Below, one piece after another: positions 1 to 9,105 of a stretch of 15,704 nt of DNA (the stretch's first letter is position 1; each line of letters starts with the position of its first letter). The translations under genes were made by a program, and so were the position numbers. A model generated the notes under the pieces. The model was not told where the DNA came from, ran no database searches, and saw only the letters and a list, made by a program, of their open reading frames with translations. This stretch comes from Candidatus Aenigmatarchaeota archaeon (lineage in GTDB: Archaea > EX4484-52): assembly GCA_023137195.1 (NCBI GenBank), contig JAGLPV010000019.1, positions 1 to 15,704 on the forward strand, given 5' to 3'.

Positions 1-3000
1 TCATAGACCATAATATAATACTGCGTTGAATTGTCCAATGGAGATTGCTCTCCTGGACCGCCATCTGACTCAGTCACTTTCACATTTGCACTTGACTCAG
101 TAAAGTTGCCTACATATACCGGCGAGTCATCACATGTCCATGGCATTGGATAGATAATACTGCCATTTATCGACTGGTTTGAAACAGATATCTTCCTGTC
201 CCATATATCTGATTTTAAAACAGCCCAATCATACAACTCACTCATCTGCTGTCCTTTTTGGTATGCCGTTACTATTTGCCTACTTGTCCTGTTTATCACA
301 TAAAACATGTTATTTTCCCACTGCTCATGCTGTGATGAATTCACACTTGCATTCTTGAAAGCAAGAAGCGAATAGTCTGTATTGGCAACATTTACAATTC
401 TCAGCATTTTTGGTCCATCGTCTCCCTGACCAGCAACCGCAACATCACTGTCATTTATCCATATGGATTTTACTGTAATTGCATTTTTCACCCAAGTCAA
501 ACCCACACTATTGTTAGTTATGCTCGTCGTGTTGAAAAGACCCCAAAGTACAGTAGTACCAATATTTATTGTCTCTCCCCGAACCTGCATAAAATTATAT
601 CCCATAGGAGTAATATTTATTTTTGCGCTGGCAGGAACAGTTGCATTCACATCATATACTGCAAATATAAACCCTTTTTCTGTCCTGCTTCCTATGTGCG
701 TGGCATTATCTACGGAAATCGTCGTAACATAATTATCTTCCTCTCTTATCAAAGTAATATTAAAATAACCTGTATTTCCTCCTTCAAGCGTTACTTCAAT
801 AAGACTCTCATTTGCATCGTAATATGTTTTATCTGTATTGATCTCTACATTATGATTGCTATTGTTATCTATGACTATTGTATTATTTGAAATATTGTAG
901 TAAATACTCTGGTATGTCCAGTCATCCGGTCTGTACCATCCATCTCCTTCCTGATGCATGCTGTCTGTCTTAAGAGCAAAAAATTCGCTTGATTCCAGAC
1001 TTGTTATATTCCATTGAACCATGTTGTTAATTTGACCTTTAAGCCCAATATAATTACTTACAACAAAATTCCTGACATTAATTCTAGGATTGTTCCATAT
1101 TGCTGTGTTCTCCACCCATTCATTGCTGTCATTTTCTTTTACTTTTATATTCAGGAAATACGAACCTGTGTTAATATCTACAGCAGAGATATTAAACTCA
1201 ATCAAAGCAAATCCATATTGGTTTGTAGTGTCATTAACACCAGTTATTGGAATTGTCACAGGTCCTGTCATTGACATCTGCATAAGAGAATCTAATACTA
1301 CAGTTGCATTATTCTTATACTCTGACTCATTGGACGGACTTGTCACAAGAACAGGTATCTTTATGCTCTGTTCCGTAGGTGGAAATGTTCCCATTTGCAT
1401 TCCTCCCCATCCAGATTTGTATGTTGAAAAAGACAACTGATAGCCAGTCCCTGCTGTATATACAGAAGACACAAGGTATGTTGGTTTTGCACCGTTGAAC
1501 CCAACAGGAAGTCCACTGGATGCAAGGATTCCGTCTCGGGTAACATTTGTCGAGTTAGAGATATAAACCGTATCATAAATTCCGCTTACAGCTGTATCTA
1601 TCATGACAATAATATAATTATCCCAATAATCCGCATCATTGTTGAGGTTCAGTCCCAGCCATTGCTCATCTCTTAACTGTCCCTGTAAAATCTTTCCGCT
1701 AATAGAAAGAGATTTATTTATTATAAGAGGCATATTCTGCTGGTTTGGATTGGCATTTGCATCATCACTACTTACTGAACAGTCAGGGCATTCTGCTACA
1801 ATAAAACCATCCATAAAATCCACATAAACCTTATTTTCACTCGCGTCTATGCTTGTTATATTCCAGCTAAATCCTGCCGAATCCATAAATATTTGCCCTG
1901 TAGTATAATTTGGAGCATTAATATAATTCCAGCCAGTTGTATTTATATACAGTCTTGGATCAGAAGAATTTGTCTTGTCAAGCAAATAGTATGTAGGAGG
2001 ATATTCTGAATTTTCCATTGAATTGTTCATCTTCCCTATTATTCTCATCCAGCCATAATCACTTGCAACTTTGCAAGTCGTAATATTAGAAGATTTATTT
2101 TTAAATTCATCCTGTATATTACTCCAGTCTCCAGATAAAGATAAATACGTTGTAGACCTCCTTTTAGTTGCATCAGATACTCTTGTCCAGTCCATCAACT
2201 GAGGAATACCAAATCTCAACTGCATTACATTTGTCCATTCCCATGCACTCGCAGTATTGCCATCTGTATCATTTGCGGCAATTTCAATCATGTATTCTCC
2301 CTGTGTAAAATCACTCATATTAAATGTAAGGTAGCAGACATTTCCACTGCATGAATAAGACATATTATTTTGGGATTCCATTTCGCTTCTTGTCTTAAAT
2401 TCATTTCCACCCATCATACCTTCTCTTATGATTTTCTTTACCCATGTCGCACTCAAATTATGATTGCTTCCTGTAGGAGGCCATGTGTTCCAGTTGACAT
2501 TTTCAAGACCTTTCACAGTAAAATTTGCTGTGTCGCCTGTGCCGATAATCCTATCCCAGTTATTTTCACCACCAATATTTAATTGAGCAGTCAAAACAAA
2601 CGGCTTTGAATAAAACCATGCATCTCTGTATTGCGTACTTCCATTTGCAACTGCCTTAAATGCAAGCGAGTAAGCGCCCTGCTTTAGAGCCATTGAAGGC
2701 AGAGTAATGTTCCCCGTACCATTAATTGCCCCACTCAACCCCAGACTGTCATTTATCACAACCGGCTCATTCCACATATCAAATGTCCCATAATATATTA
2801 ATTTTTCAGCAGTTACGACACCAGATAGACCAACTCCCTCAAAATTTTTAAGAACAACATTAAATGTCACATCGTCTCCTGATGCTATTTCAAACTGGTC
2901 TGTCCATAAGTCAAACATAAAGTTCCTTACATCAAAAACACCTCTTCCTGTATCTGAACTGCTCGAATCAGCAGGATTTGTTGCCTTAACCTGTAGTTCA

Positions 3001-5381
3001 TATTTGCCCGCATCAAAGCCAGCCGAATATGAAAATGAAAGAGTACACACCCCATAATCAGGGTTAGTCACATTATTATTACTCCCGATATATTCTGTAG
3101 AATTTGTCGTACAACTTGTTGAAGTTCCTGTCAAATCATTTGTGGAAATAATTTTTCCTGATTCAATATGCCTTAATCCTGCAATGCTCACAGAAACCCC
3201 TGCCTGAGCAGATGTACCTGATGCATCCCTCACACCCACTTTTACACTCACAGTACCATCTGAACCGAAAACGCACATTTTAACATCTCCTCCACAGTGC
3301 GGCCAGACATTTATCTTATACAATCTTCTCTCGAACCATCCTCTTGCTATTGCATTGATTTCCTGGACTGCTCCGTCACGGGTAACATTTGCCTTAATCT
3401 TTATTGCAACAAAATGCATCCCCATGTCTGTTGTATTTAATGAAAAATTAATTTTCGGTGCTGTTTTCGAAGAAACGTTTCCGCCAATAAATCCCTCGTA
3501 AGTTATCTTATCTGTCACTGCTTTGCCTGCACTCTGGGAATAAATCTCTATAATTTGCGCATCAGTAATATTCTCTTCAGATATTGGAGCACCCGTATAT
3601 AAATCAAATGCCTGTATCGCAAGATACATATTTTCTCCCGATGAATATGCCGGGTTAAACACTCCATTCTCATTTACCGGCATTGCAAAAGCATCAACAT
3701 CCTGTATAGGAATAAGTGTCTTTAATTCGCTCAAACTCCCTGTAACAGTATCATTCACTGTAACTTTTATAGAATAGACACCATTGGATGATGGAGTCAT
3801 AAATTTAATTACGCACGCATCTTCTCCAAACTGGTCTTCTATATCATACCGTACAAATGTAGGGATATCCATATCATCCATAAATGCTGAAATTGTTGAA
3901 ATTCCAATTATTGATGAATTGATGAGAGTTTTAGCAGAATCATAAATCCCCACAAAATCCACATATGTTGCCGAACATTGACTCGTCCGGTTAGTAACAT
4001 TCACAAAATCAGATGTTGAATTCTTCGCACTGATAATCAAAGCACTTGGCTGCCCCGGGGCAAACCCTGTTGATTTACCCTTGTCTTTCGCAATAGCATG
4101 CATAAAATATTCTGTATCTTTCACAAAGAATTTCATATCCCTTGTCTGCACAAATCCACTGTAATTCACGCTAAATTTAACATGGTATTCCCCTTCAACA
4201 GAAGGAATTGTATAAGAATAAAGATATTTCTTTTCAGTTGAATCATACACTAATGTAACTCCTGTTGTTGTATTGGAATTGACTATTTTCGCAGTAACTA
4301 CAGATGTGTTTATAATCTCATAGGAAGAAGAATTCATCACACTTGCCTCTAACACTGCAACCTGCCCTGTTTTTGCCTTCCAGAAACTCGTTCCTTCCTC
4401 TGTCTTAATATCTACCTTTACTGTCATTATATTGACATCGTTTGAAATATACCCCATATCATTTACAACAATATGATTTTTTCCGCCATCGCTGGAAACA
4501 TTGTAATCCATCAATAACGTCCCGTTCTCTGGTGTCGTCCCTGCACTCTGTTCAAATTTCTTGGTCCCGTTATCCCAGTATTCTTTGTAAGTAGTATCTG
4601 AATTATTGACAGGATTGTGATCACTGTCCACAGCAATTGTCATCAATTTTACCTGCTCTCCGCCGGTGAATTCAGAATCCATTTTGTCTGCCAATGTAAC
4701 GATGCTCCCGTCATGAGCAATAAACATCACCATAATCTCTGTGCCATTCACAATAATCTTGTCCCCTTCAGACAGGTACTTAAACATCGTATCGTTTGTA
4801 AATGTCATGTTCTTATCATCATCTAAATAAAGAGTATCATAATGTGGAGTATCTGATGAATTCTCCACAATCGCATAATATGTACCATCTCCTTCAACAG
4901 TAAAGTTGCACGTCAAATTCTGACCAATTGATGAATCAATTTCCACTATTCCGCTACCTGAATCATCTGGTGAACATGAAACAATAGGCTTGGTGGAATT
5001 TACAAATGCTGTAATTATATCATAAGTTGAAGACACTTTAAAATCAATTCTTATGCTTTCTGAACCGGCACTTATAGTCATATTATAATCTCCGTTGGAC
5101 AAATTCGTAATATCCAAAATTTCACTAAAACATCCATTAGAAAGGCTCGCCGCCCCTGAAACAACAACGCCCGAAGAATTAGACACATTCAAAGTTACAG
5201 TCTCGTTATGGGCTCCCGTCCCTTCAGATATATATCCGCTCACACTCAAATTTTCTTCTCCCGTAAGATAATTGTGTTTGTTTATCCCTGCATTTATAGA
5301 TATTGTACTACACCACGCTGTCTGTACAAAAACAGCAACTATGCATAAAACCACTGCATATAAAAATGTTTTTTTATTCAT
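1..5381 (-). CDS. Giant secreted/cell-surface protein (>1793 aa, 3' end outside the window) built from tandem Ig/macroglobulin-like beta-sandwich modules; S-layer/adhesin-like
   Basis: ATG at 5381 preceded by GGTGA. N-terminus MNKKTFLYAVVLCIVAVFVQTACGS is a signal peptide. Manual translation of many segments in this frame found no stop, down to ...PLDNSTQYYIMVY at the left edge; it is missing from the ORF track presumably because no stop lies in the window. Numerous N-x-S/T sequons and recurrent G-x-Y strands (NGDYNMTI, EGEYHVKF, NGVYSIKV, AGKYELQV, QGAYSLAF, QGEYMIEI, TGSYFLNI). Confidence 0.88.
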   Translation of the reverse strand, partial: MNKKTFLYAVVLCIVAVFVQTAWCSTISINAGINKHNYLTGEENLSVSGYISEGTGAHNETVTLNVSNSSGVVVSGAASLSNGCFSEILDITNLSNGDYNMTISAGSESIRIDFKVSSTYDIITAFVNSTKPIVSCSPDDSGSGIVEIDSSIGQNLTCNFTVEGDGTYYAIVENSSDTPHYDTLYLDDDKNMTFTNDTMFKYLSEGDKIIVNGTEIMVMFIAHDGSIVTLADKMDSEFTGGEQVKLMTIAVDSDHNPVNNSDTTYKEYWDNGTKKFEQSAGTTPENGTLLMDYNVSSDGGKNHIVVNDMGYISNDVNIMTVKVDIKTEEGTSFWKAKTGQVAVLEASVMNSSSYEIINTSVVTAKIVNSNTTTGVTLVYDSTEKKYLYSYTIPSVEGEYHVKFSVNYSGFVQTRDMKFFVKDTEYFMHAIAKDKGKSTGFAPGQPSALIISAKNSTSDFVNVTNRTSQCSATYVDFVGIYDSAKTLINSSIIGISTISAFMDDMDIPTFVRYDIEDQFGEDACVIKFMTPSSNGVYSIKVTVNDTVTGSLSELKTLIPIQDVDAFAMPVNENGVFNPAYSSGENMYLAIQAFDLYTGAPISEENITDAQIIEIYSQSAGKAVTDKITYEGFIGGNVSSKTAPKINFSLNTTDMGMHFVAIKIKANVTRDGAVQEINAIARGWFERRLYKINVWPHCGGDVKMCVFGSDGTVSVKVGVRDASGTSAQAGVSVSIAGLRHIESGKIISTNDLTGTSTSCTTNSTEYIGSNNNVTNPDYGVCTLSFSYSAGFDAGKYELQVKATNPADSSSSDTGRGVFDVRNFMFDLWTDQFEIASGDDVTFNVVLKNFEGVGLSGVVTAEKLIYYGTFDMWNEPVVINDSLGLSGAINGTGNITLPSMALKQGAYSLAFKAVANGSTQYRDAWFYSKPFVLTAQLNIGGENNWDRIIGTGDTANFTVKGLENVNWNTWPPTGSNHNLSATWVKKIIREGMMGGNEFKTRSEMESQNNMSYSCSGNVCYLTFNMSDFTQGEYMIEIAANDTDGNTASAWEWTNVMQLRFGIPQLMDWTRVSDATKRRSTTYLSLSGDWSNIQDEFKNKSSNITTCKVASDYGWMRIIGKMNNSMENSEYPPTYYLLDKTNSSDPRLYINTTGWNYINAPNYTTGQIFMDSAGFSWNITSIDASENKVYVDFMDGFIVAECPDCSVSSDDANANPNQQNMPLIINKSLSISGKILQGQLRDEQWLGLNLNNDADYWDNYIIVMIDTAVSGIYDTVYISNSTNVTRDGILASSGLPVGFNGAKPTYLVSSVYTAGTGYQLSFSTYKSGWGGMQMGTFPPTEQSIKIPVLVTSPSNESEYKNNATVVLDSLMQMSMTGPVTIPITGVNDTTNQYGFALIEFNISAVDINTGSYFLNIKVKENDSNEWVENTAIWNNPRINVRNFVVSNYIGLKGQINNMVQWNITSLESSEFFALKTDSMHQEGDGWYRPDDWTYQSIYYNISNNTIVIDNNSNHNVEINTDKTYYDANESLIEVTLEGGNTGYFNITLIREEDNYVTTISVDNATHIGSRTEKGFIFAVYDVNATVPASAKINITPMGYNFMQVRGETINIGTTVLWGLFNTTSITNNSVGLTWVKNAITVKSIWINDSDVAVAGQGDDGPKMLRIVNVANTDYSLLAFKNASVNSSQHEQWENNMFYVINRTSRQIVTAYQKGQQMSELYDWAVLKSDIWDRKISVSNQSINGSIIYPMPWTCDDSPVYVGNFTESSANVKVTESDGGPGEQSPLDNSTQYYIMVY

Positions 5382-5385
5382 ATTT

Positions 5386-5390
5386 TCACC
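5386..5390 (-). promoter_or_regulatory. Archaeal-type Shine-Dalgarno (GGTGA) for the giant surface protein
   Basis: Minus strand reads GGTGAAAAT-ATG at the 5381 start. Confidence 0.7.
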
Positions 5391-5459
5391 AGATTCATAT
5401 ATAATTAAATATATAAAAGAATATAGAACAGAAAACTATATAAATCTTTTTTTAGGATT

Positions 5460-6143
5460 TTATTTGGTTTCTCTGATAAGCAGGGTTGTTCGGGTAATCT
5501 CTTTCCCGTCCTTTATCTTATAGAGAGAAAAAGAAGTCTTTGTCTCAACATTGTATTTTGAAGAAATCTCTTTTTTGATTCTCCCTAAAACTTTCTTTGT
5601 TCCAAGATGAAAATCCACAGCCTTATCTGCCTGACCGACAACTTTCGCAAATGAATTCTGTCCCTTGTACAAATCAATAGCTCCATCGACAATACGCCTA
5701 AACTCCTTCAACGTCTCTTTTTTCCCTCTCAACTGGAGAACTGCTTCATAATACCCTTTTTTCTCAGACGAGCACAAAGGACACATCTTACTTTTTATAT
5801 TGAAAACATAAGTATAATCTGCAATCTTCATCCTGCTCTTTTCAACTTCTGTCTTTATTATTATTGTATCCTGCAACTCCTTCCTCTCAAAAGAAAATAT
5901 ATAATCTGTCTTGTTTTTGTAGGTGGCTTCAAGGTCTTTTTTGACAAGTGAGTCAATAAAATCATCCAACATTATGTTTTTTTTCCATTGCTGACTGTAC
6001 CCCAGACTGCCGCACTTACATACAGAGACATTCATCTTTTTTTTATAAGATTCATTTTTGAATTTTTGACAGTAGCAATCACCGCACAAAGATTCGTGTA
6101 ATTCTTCTGTCTCTTTTCCGCATTTTGGGCAAAATTTTTTCAT
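5460..6143 (-). CDS. nmd3: Archaeal NMD3-family protein (large ribosomal subunit biogenesis factor), short form
   Basis: N-terminal Zn-knuckles CPKC/CGDC, VCKCG and later CPLC, followed by the family motif GYYEAVLQLRG, then VDFHLG and C-terminal KDGKEITRTTLLIR. Confidence 0.88.
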   Translation of the reverse strand: MKKFCPKCGKETEELHESLCGDCYCQKFKNESYKKKMNVSVCKCGSLGYSQQWKKNIMLDDFIDSLVKKDLEATYKNKTDYIFSFERKELQDTIIIKTEVEKSRMKIADYTYVFNIKSKMCPLCSSEKKGYYEAVLQLRGKKETLKEFRRIVDGAIDLYKGQNSFAKVVGQADKAVDFHLGTKKVLGRIKKEISSKYNVETKTSFSLYKIKDGKEITRTTLLIRETK

Positions 6144-6200
6144 ACTAATATATAACCTAAAAATATTATAAAAATATAAAATTAAACTCTAAATATATCT
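6144..6200. promoter_or_regulatory. Compact divergent promoter region with overlapping TATA boxes; probably leaderless transcripts for nmd3 and the lipoprotein
   Basis: 57-bp AT-rich spacer. Minus-strand TTTTATAA (6173-6166) ends 23 nt before the nmd3 ATG; plus-strand TTATAAAA/TATAAAA (6166-6181) lies ~20-28 nt before ATG 6201. No SD motif on either side. Confidence 0.5.
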
Positions 6201-7724
6201 ATGAACAAAAGAATCTTCCTTATTTTCAGTCTTATTATACTAAGCATTTTCTTCACAAGCGGATGCTTTTTATTCGATTTATTCGATATCGACAGAAGAA
6301 CAAAACAGGAACGGGCAATTGATGCAGGAGACCCATCCCTTTGCATGAAAGCAACACACCCGGATATCTGCCGTGCCGCAGTTGCAAGAAGTCTCGGGAC
6401 ATCAGTCAGTAAAGATGATTTTCAGGACGATACTTCTGCTGGATGCAAAACAGACGAAGACTGCGATGCAATAGAATATTGCGATGAAGGAAGTTGCAAA
6501 ACAAGAGAATGCACTCCGAAAGCAAAATTCTGTCCCAGCAAATATGTCCTTGCAGAATGCATTGACGGTAAACTGGTGCGGCAAAACTGCGCTTTTGAAT
6601 GCAAAGACTCAAAATGCATGAGCAGTGCTGAAAAAGAAAAACAGGATGAAAAAAACAGCTGTGAAGCAGGATATCAAAAATGCATAACAGACCACAGGAG
6701 AGAATACTGCTATGACGGGAAAAAGACAGAAAGCTATTGTTATTACGACTGCAAAGGAGGAGCATGCATTGATAAAAAGATAAAAGAGGATGATTCTCTC
6801 GACATAAGCACTATCAATTCCAATATCGCCGAAAGTCAGGACTTTATTGATTATTTCCAGGGACCTTACATGGATGCCCTTGACAAGCAGATAGAAATAC
6901 TTGACAGTAAGGATTCAAGAAAAAAAGGTCTTGAATCATACAAAGGATATCTCGAGGGTATGGGCGAAAAATACGAAGATGCAACAACAACACTTCAGGC
7001 ACTTGAAGATGCAAAAAAAATATTTCTCGACAGCTACGACCCCTCGATGGACATAGAAAACATGGATGTCCAAGACATACTAGACAAGAGTCTTACCGAA
7101 AGGATGGGCGACCTTTGGACAGACATGACTCACTGGGGAACCAAAAGCCCCGAACAAATAGAGCAGAGTGCGGCAGAAGACCAGTTCAAGATTTACAAAG
7201 CAATGCTCGAACGCCAGGAAGAAATTGATTTCCTCAAAAAATCCACGACAGAAAGATTAGGGAATGTCATGGCAGAGAACCTCAAAGGATATGCGGCAGA
7301 TAAGATAATAGAAGTTTCAAAAGAAGCTGCCGAAGCCGCGGGAGGAGCTGCCTTTGCAGTTGTCGGGACAGTCAGTGATGCTCTGGATGCTGTTAAAGAA
7401 GAGGCACAAAACATGATGTACACCGGTCTTATTAAGGCATACAACAGGCGGAGAATCATCATGGAAAATACTTACTCTCAAATGAGCAATGAAGAAATAC
7501 ATAAAAAGACAGTTGAAAGTGTTATTGATATGCCTTATCTGGATGCAAAGACCGGCGTGATAATTGCTAAATATGGCAATTTGATTGAGAATGCGGATTG
7601 CACTATAGAAGGCAATAAGAATTCTCTTTGTATTGACCAGAATACTTTCTGGGTTGCGATGGATAAGAGTTATAATCATTTTAATGAGCATAAGTTGTTT
7701 TTGAGGGAAATTGGGAATGATTGA
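6201..7724 (+). CDS. Putative lipoprotein: Cys-rich disulfide repeats followed by an acidic alpha-helical C-terminal domain
   Basis: MNKR + hydrophobic stretch + FTSGC lipobox-like motif. Cys modules CKTDEDCDAIEYCDEGSC, CTPKAKFC..ECIDGK..NCAFECKDSKC and CEAGYQKC..YCYDGK..YCYYDCKGGAC. Long 507-aa ORF. Confidence 0.8.
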   Translation: MNKRIFLIFSLIILSIFFTSGCFLFDLFDIDRRTKQERAIDAGDPSLCMKATHPDICRAAVARSLGTSVSKDDFQDDTSAGCKTDEDCDAIEYCDEGSCKTRECTPKAKFCPSKYVLAECIDGKLVRQNCAFECKDSKCMSSAEKEKQDEKNSCEAGYQKCITDHRREYCYDGKKTESYCYYDCKGGACIDKKIKEDDSLDISTINSNIAESQDFIDYFQGPYMDALDKQIEILDSKDSRKKGLESYKGYLEGMGEKYEDATTTLQALEDAKKIFLDSYDPSMDIENMDVQDILDKSLTERMGDLWTDMTHWGTKSPEQIEQSAAEDQFKIYKAMLERQEEIDFLKKSTTERLGNVMAENLKGYAADKIIEVSKEAAEAAGGAAFAVVGTVSDALDAVKEEAQNMMYTGLIKAYNRRRIIMENTYSQMSNEEIHKKTVESVIDMPYLDAKTGVIIAKYGNLIENADCTIEGNKNSLCIDQNTFWVAMDKSYNHFNEHKLFLREIGND

Positions 7725-7766
7725 GAGAAGTTTATTAAATATCGTAAGGATAAACTATGCGTGTGA

Positions 7767-8003
7767 TTAATACAAATCGGAGTCTACTGAAATAGGTAAT
7801 GGTTTTATCTTAAATCTCTTTCTCTTTGCCATTGATTTTTCAACCTCTTCCCAACAGTGTTTATGATAATATTTATCCTTAGAAATAACATATACAAACT
7901 GAGGTATTTTTCCGCGCCAAAGAGTATGTTTAAACCTACGTGAAACAAGTTGTTTACAATGTGGACAGATACCTAATTTTTTAATTTTTCTTTTTTGTTT
8001 CAT
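7767..8003 (-). CDS. Small basic putative Zn-binding protein (CxxC...HxxC)
   Basis: CPHC and HKHC motifs, very Lys/Arg-rich, co-oriented with the upstream island genes. Confidence 0.5.
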   Translation of the reverse strand: MKQKRKIKKLGICPHCKQLVSRRFKHTLWRGKIPQFVYVISKDKYYHKHCWEEVEKSMAKRKRFKIKPLPISVDSDLY

Positions 8004-8124
8004 AATTGTTCTTTGATTAAAATATTAAATACATTCTGTTCGGTAACAACACTACAGTTTCAATTTCATACAATATAATTAATTAAAATCTGTTTTGACT
8101 TTTTCTAGCATGTTCCTTACAATA

Positions 8125-8961
8125 TTATCCTCTTTTTATAAACTCTTCATGCTTGCTTTCAATTCTTAATATCTTATTAGCCACAATATCAAATTCTTTA
8201 TGTCTTTTATTTAAAAATTCTGTTAAATAGTTTTTTGTCATTACTTGAACCATATAGCCATTCTGTCTATTTTTGTAATTAGGCGAAAGATAATTGAAAG
8301 AAACCTGCATATACTCTGTTTTTTTTAAAATTAATTCTTCTTTTGAATCAAGATATGCCTCAAATAGTTTTCCATCCACCACAATAATAGGTTCGTAATA
8401 TTCTAGTAATTTATCCTTATGATTTTTCTTAATCTCTTTTATATAACTTGATTCGTAACTATGTTCTAGAGCCTTAACTACTTTACAAAGTGCTTCAAAA
8501 ATCTTGTCTTTTTTCGTATTCCCTCTTTTATTTGATTTTAGTCCGACAAAAAAAGATCTTGCCAATCTACCATTTACTTTTTGATTATTTCTGAAACTCA
8601 AATATACGTTTTCTTTAAAATTTTTTTCTTGCCTTATTACTGGAAACCCAAGGAATTTTTCAAAATCTGTTGAAGGTGTTGAAATAAAAATCCATGGCGT
8701 TTCTGCTTGTTTAATTTCAATAATTAGCTTAAAATCCAATTCAAGATATTCGTTGGAATCGGTCATTTTAGTATAATCTGCAATCAAATCAATCTCTCTT
8801 CCTTTCTTCAGGTCATGATCGATAAAATAATTGTTGTACTCTACTCCCCAACCATTTTTTAAAAAAATGTTAGAAATCTTCAATTCAAGTGGAAAACCAC
8901 TTTTTTTTATGCTTTTTAAAACTTTACTATAAATTTCCGCCTCCTTATTTTCTGAACACAT
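8125..8961 (-). CDS. PD-(D/E)xK restriction-endonuclease-fold hypothetical nuclease
   Basis: SGFPLELKI (helix Glu) ... GREIDLIA (Asp) ... LIIEIKQ (ExK) PWIF, and a later PIIVVDG strand: the typical spacing of REase-fold catalytic motifs. Confidence 0.72.
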   Translation of the reverse strand: MCSENKEAEIYSKVLKSIKKSGFPLELKISNIFLKNGWGVEYNNYFIDHDLKKGREIDLIADYTKMTDSNEYLELDFKLIIEIKQAETPWIFISTPSTDFEKFLGFPVIRQEKNFKENVYLSFRNNQKVNGRLARSFFVGLKSNKRGNTKKDKIFEALCKVVKALEHSYESSYIKEIKKNHKDKLLEYYEPIIVVDGKLFEAYLDSKEELILKKTEYMQVSFNYLSPNYKNRQNGYMVQVMTKNYLTEFLNKRHKEFDIVANKILRIESKHEEFIKRG

Positions 8962-9105
8962 AATAAATATTTTTCCTTTTAACCTTTCTTGTTCATACTA
9001 ATAATGTATATGACAAATATTAATAAACATAACTTATTTTTATTGAATCTCTAAAACATATTATGCCATTATTAAAATAAAGAAAAGAAGAAGCATAGCA
9101 TATAC

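Noticed and set aside
463-5523. Short plus-strand ORFs and the 1361-1576 minus ORF in the track
   Set aside because: Shadow or alternate-frame ORFs overlapping the giant minus-strand gene and nmd3, with no family motifs
6402-7691. Five minus-strand ORFs inside the 507-aa lipoprotein gene
   Set aside because: Antisense shadows of a well-supported CDS
8057-8064. GTTTCAAT, resembling a CRISPR repeat terminus
   Set aside because: Isolated intergenic 8-mer with no regularly spaced copies, spacers or cas genes
8004-9105. Integron-like attC cassette structure for the tandem small genes
   Set aside because: No repeated imperfect palindromes or GTTRRRY/RYYYAAC core pairs recognised in the spacers, and no integrase
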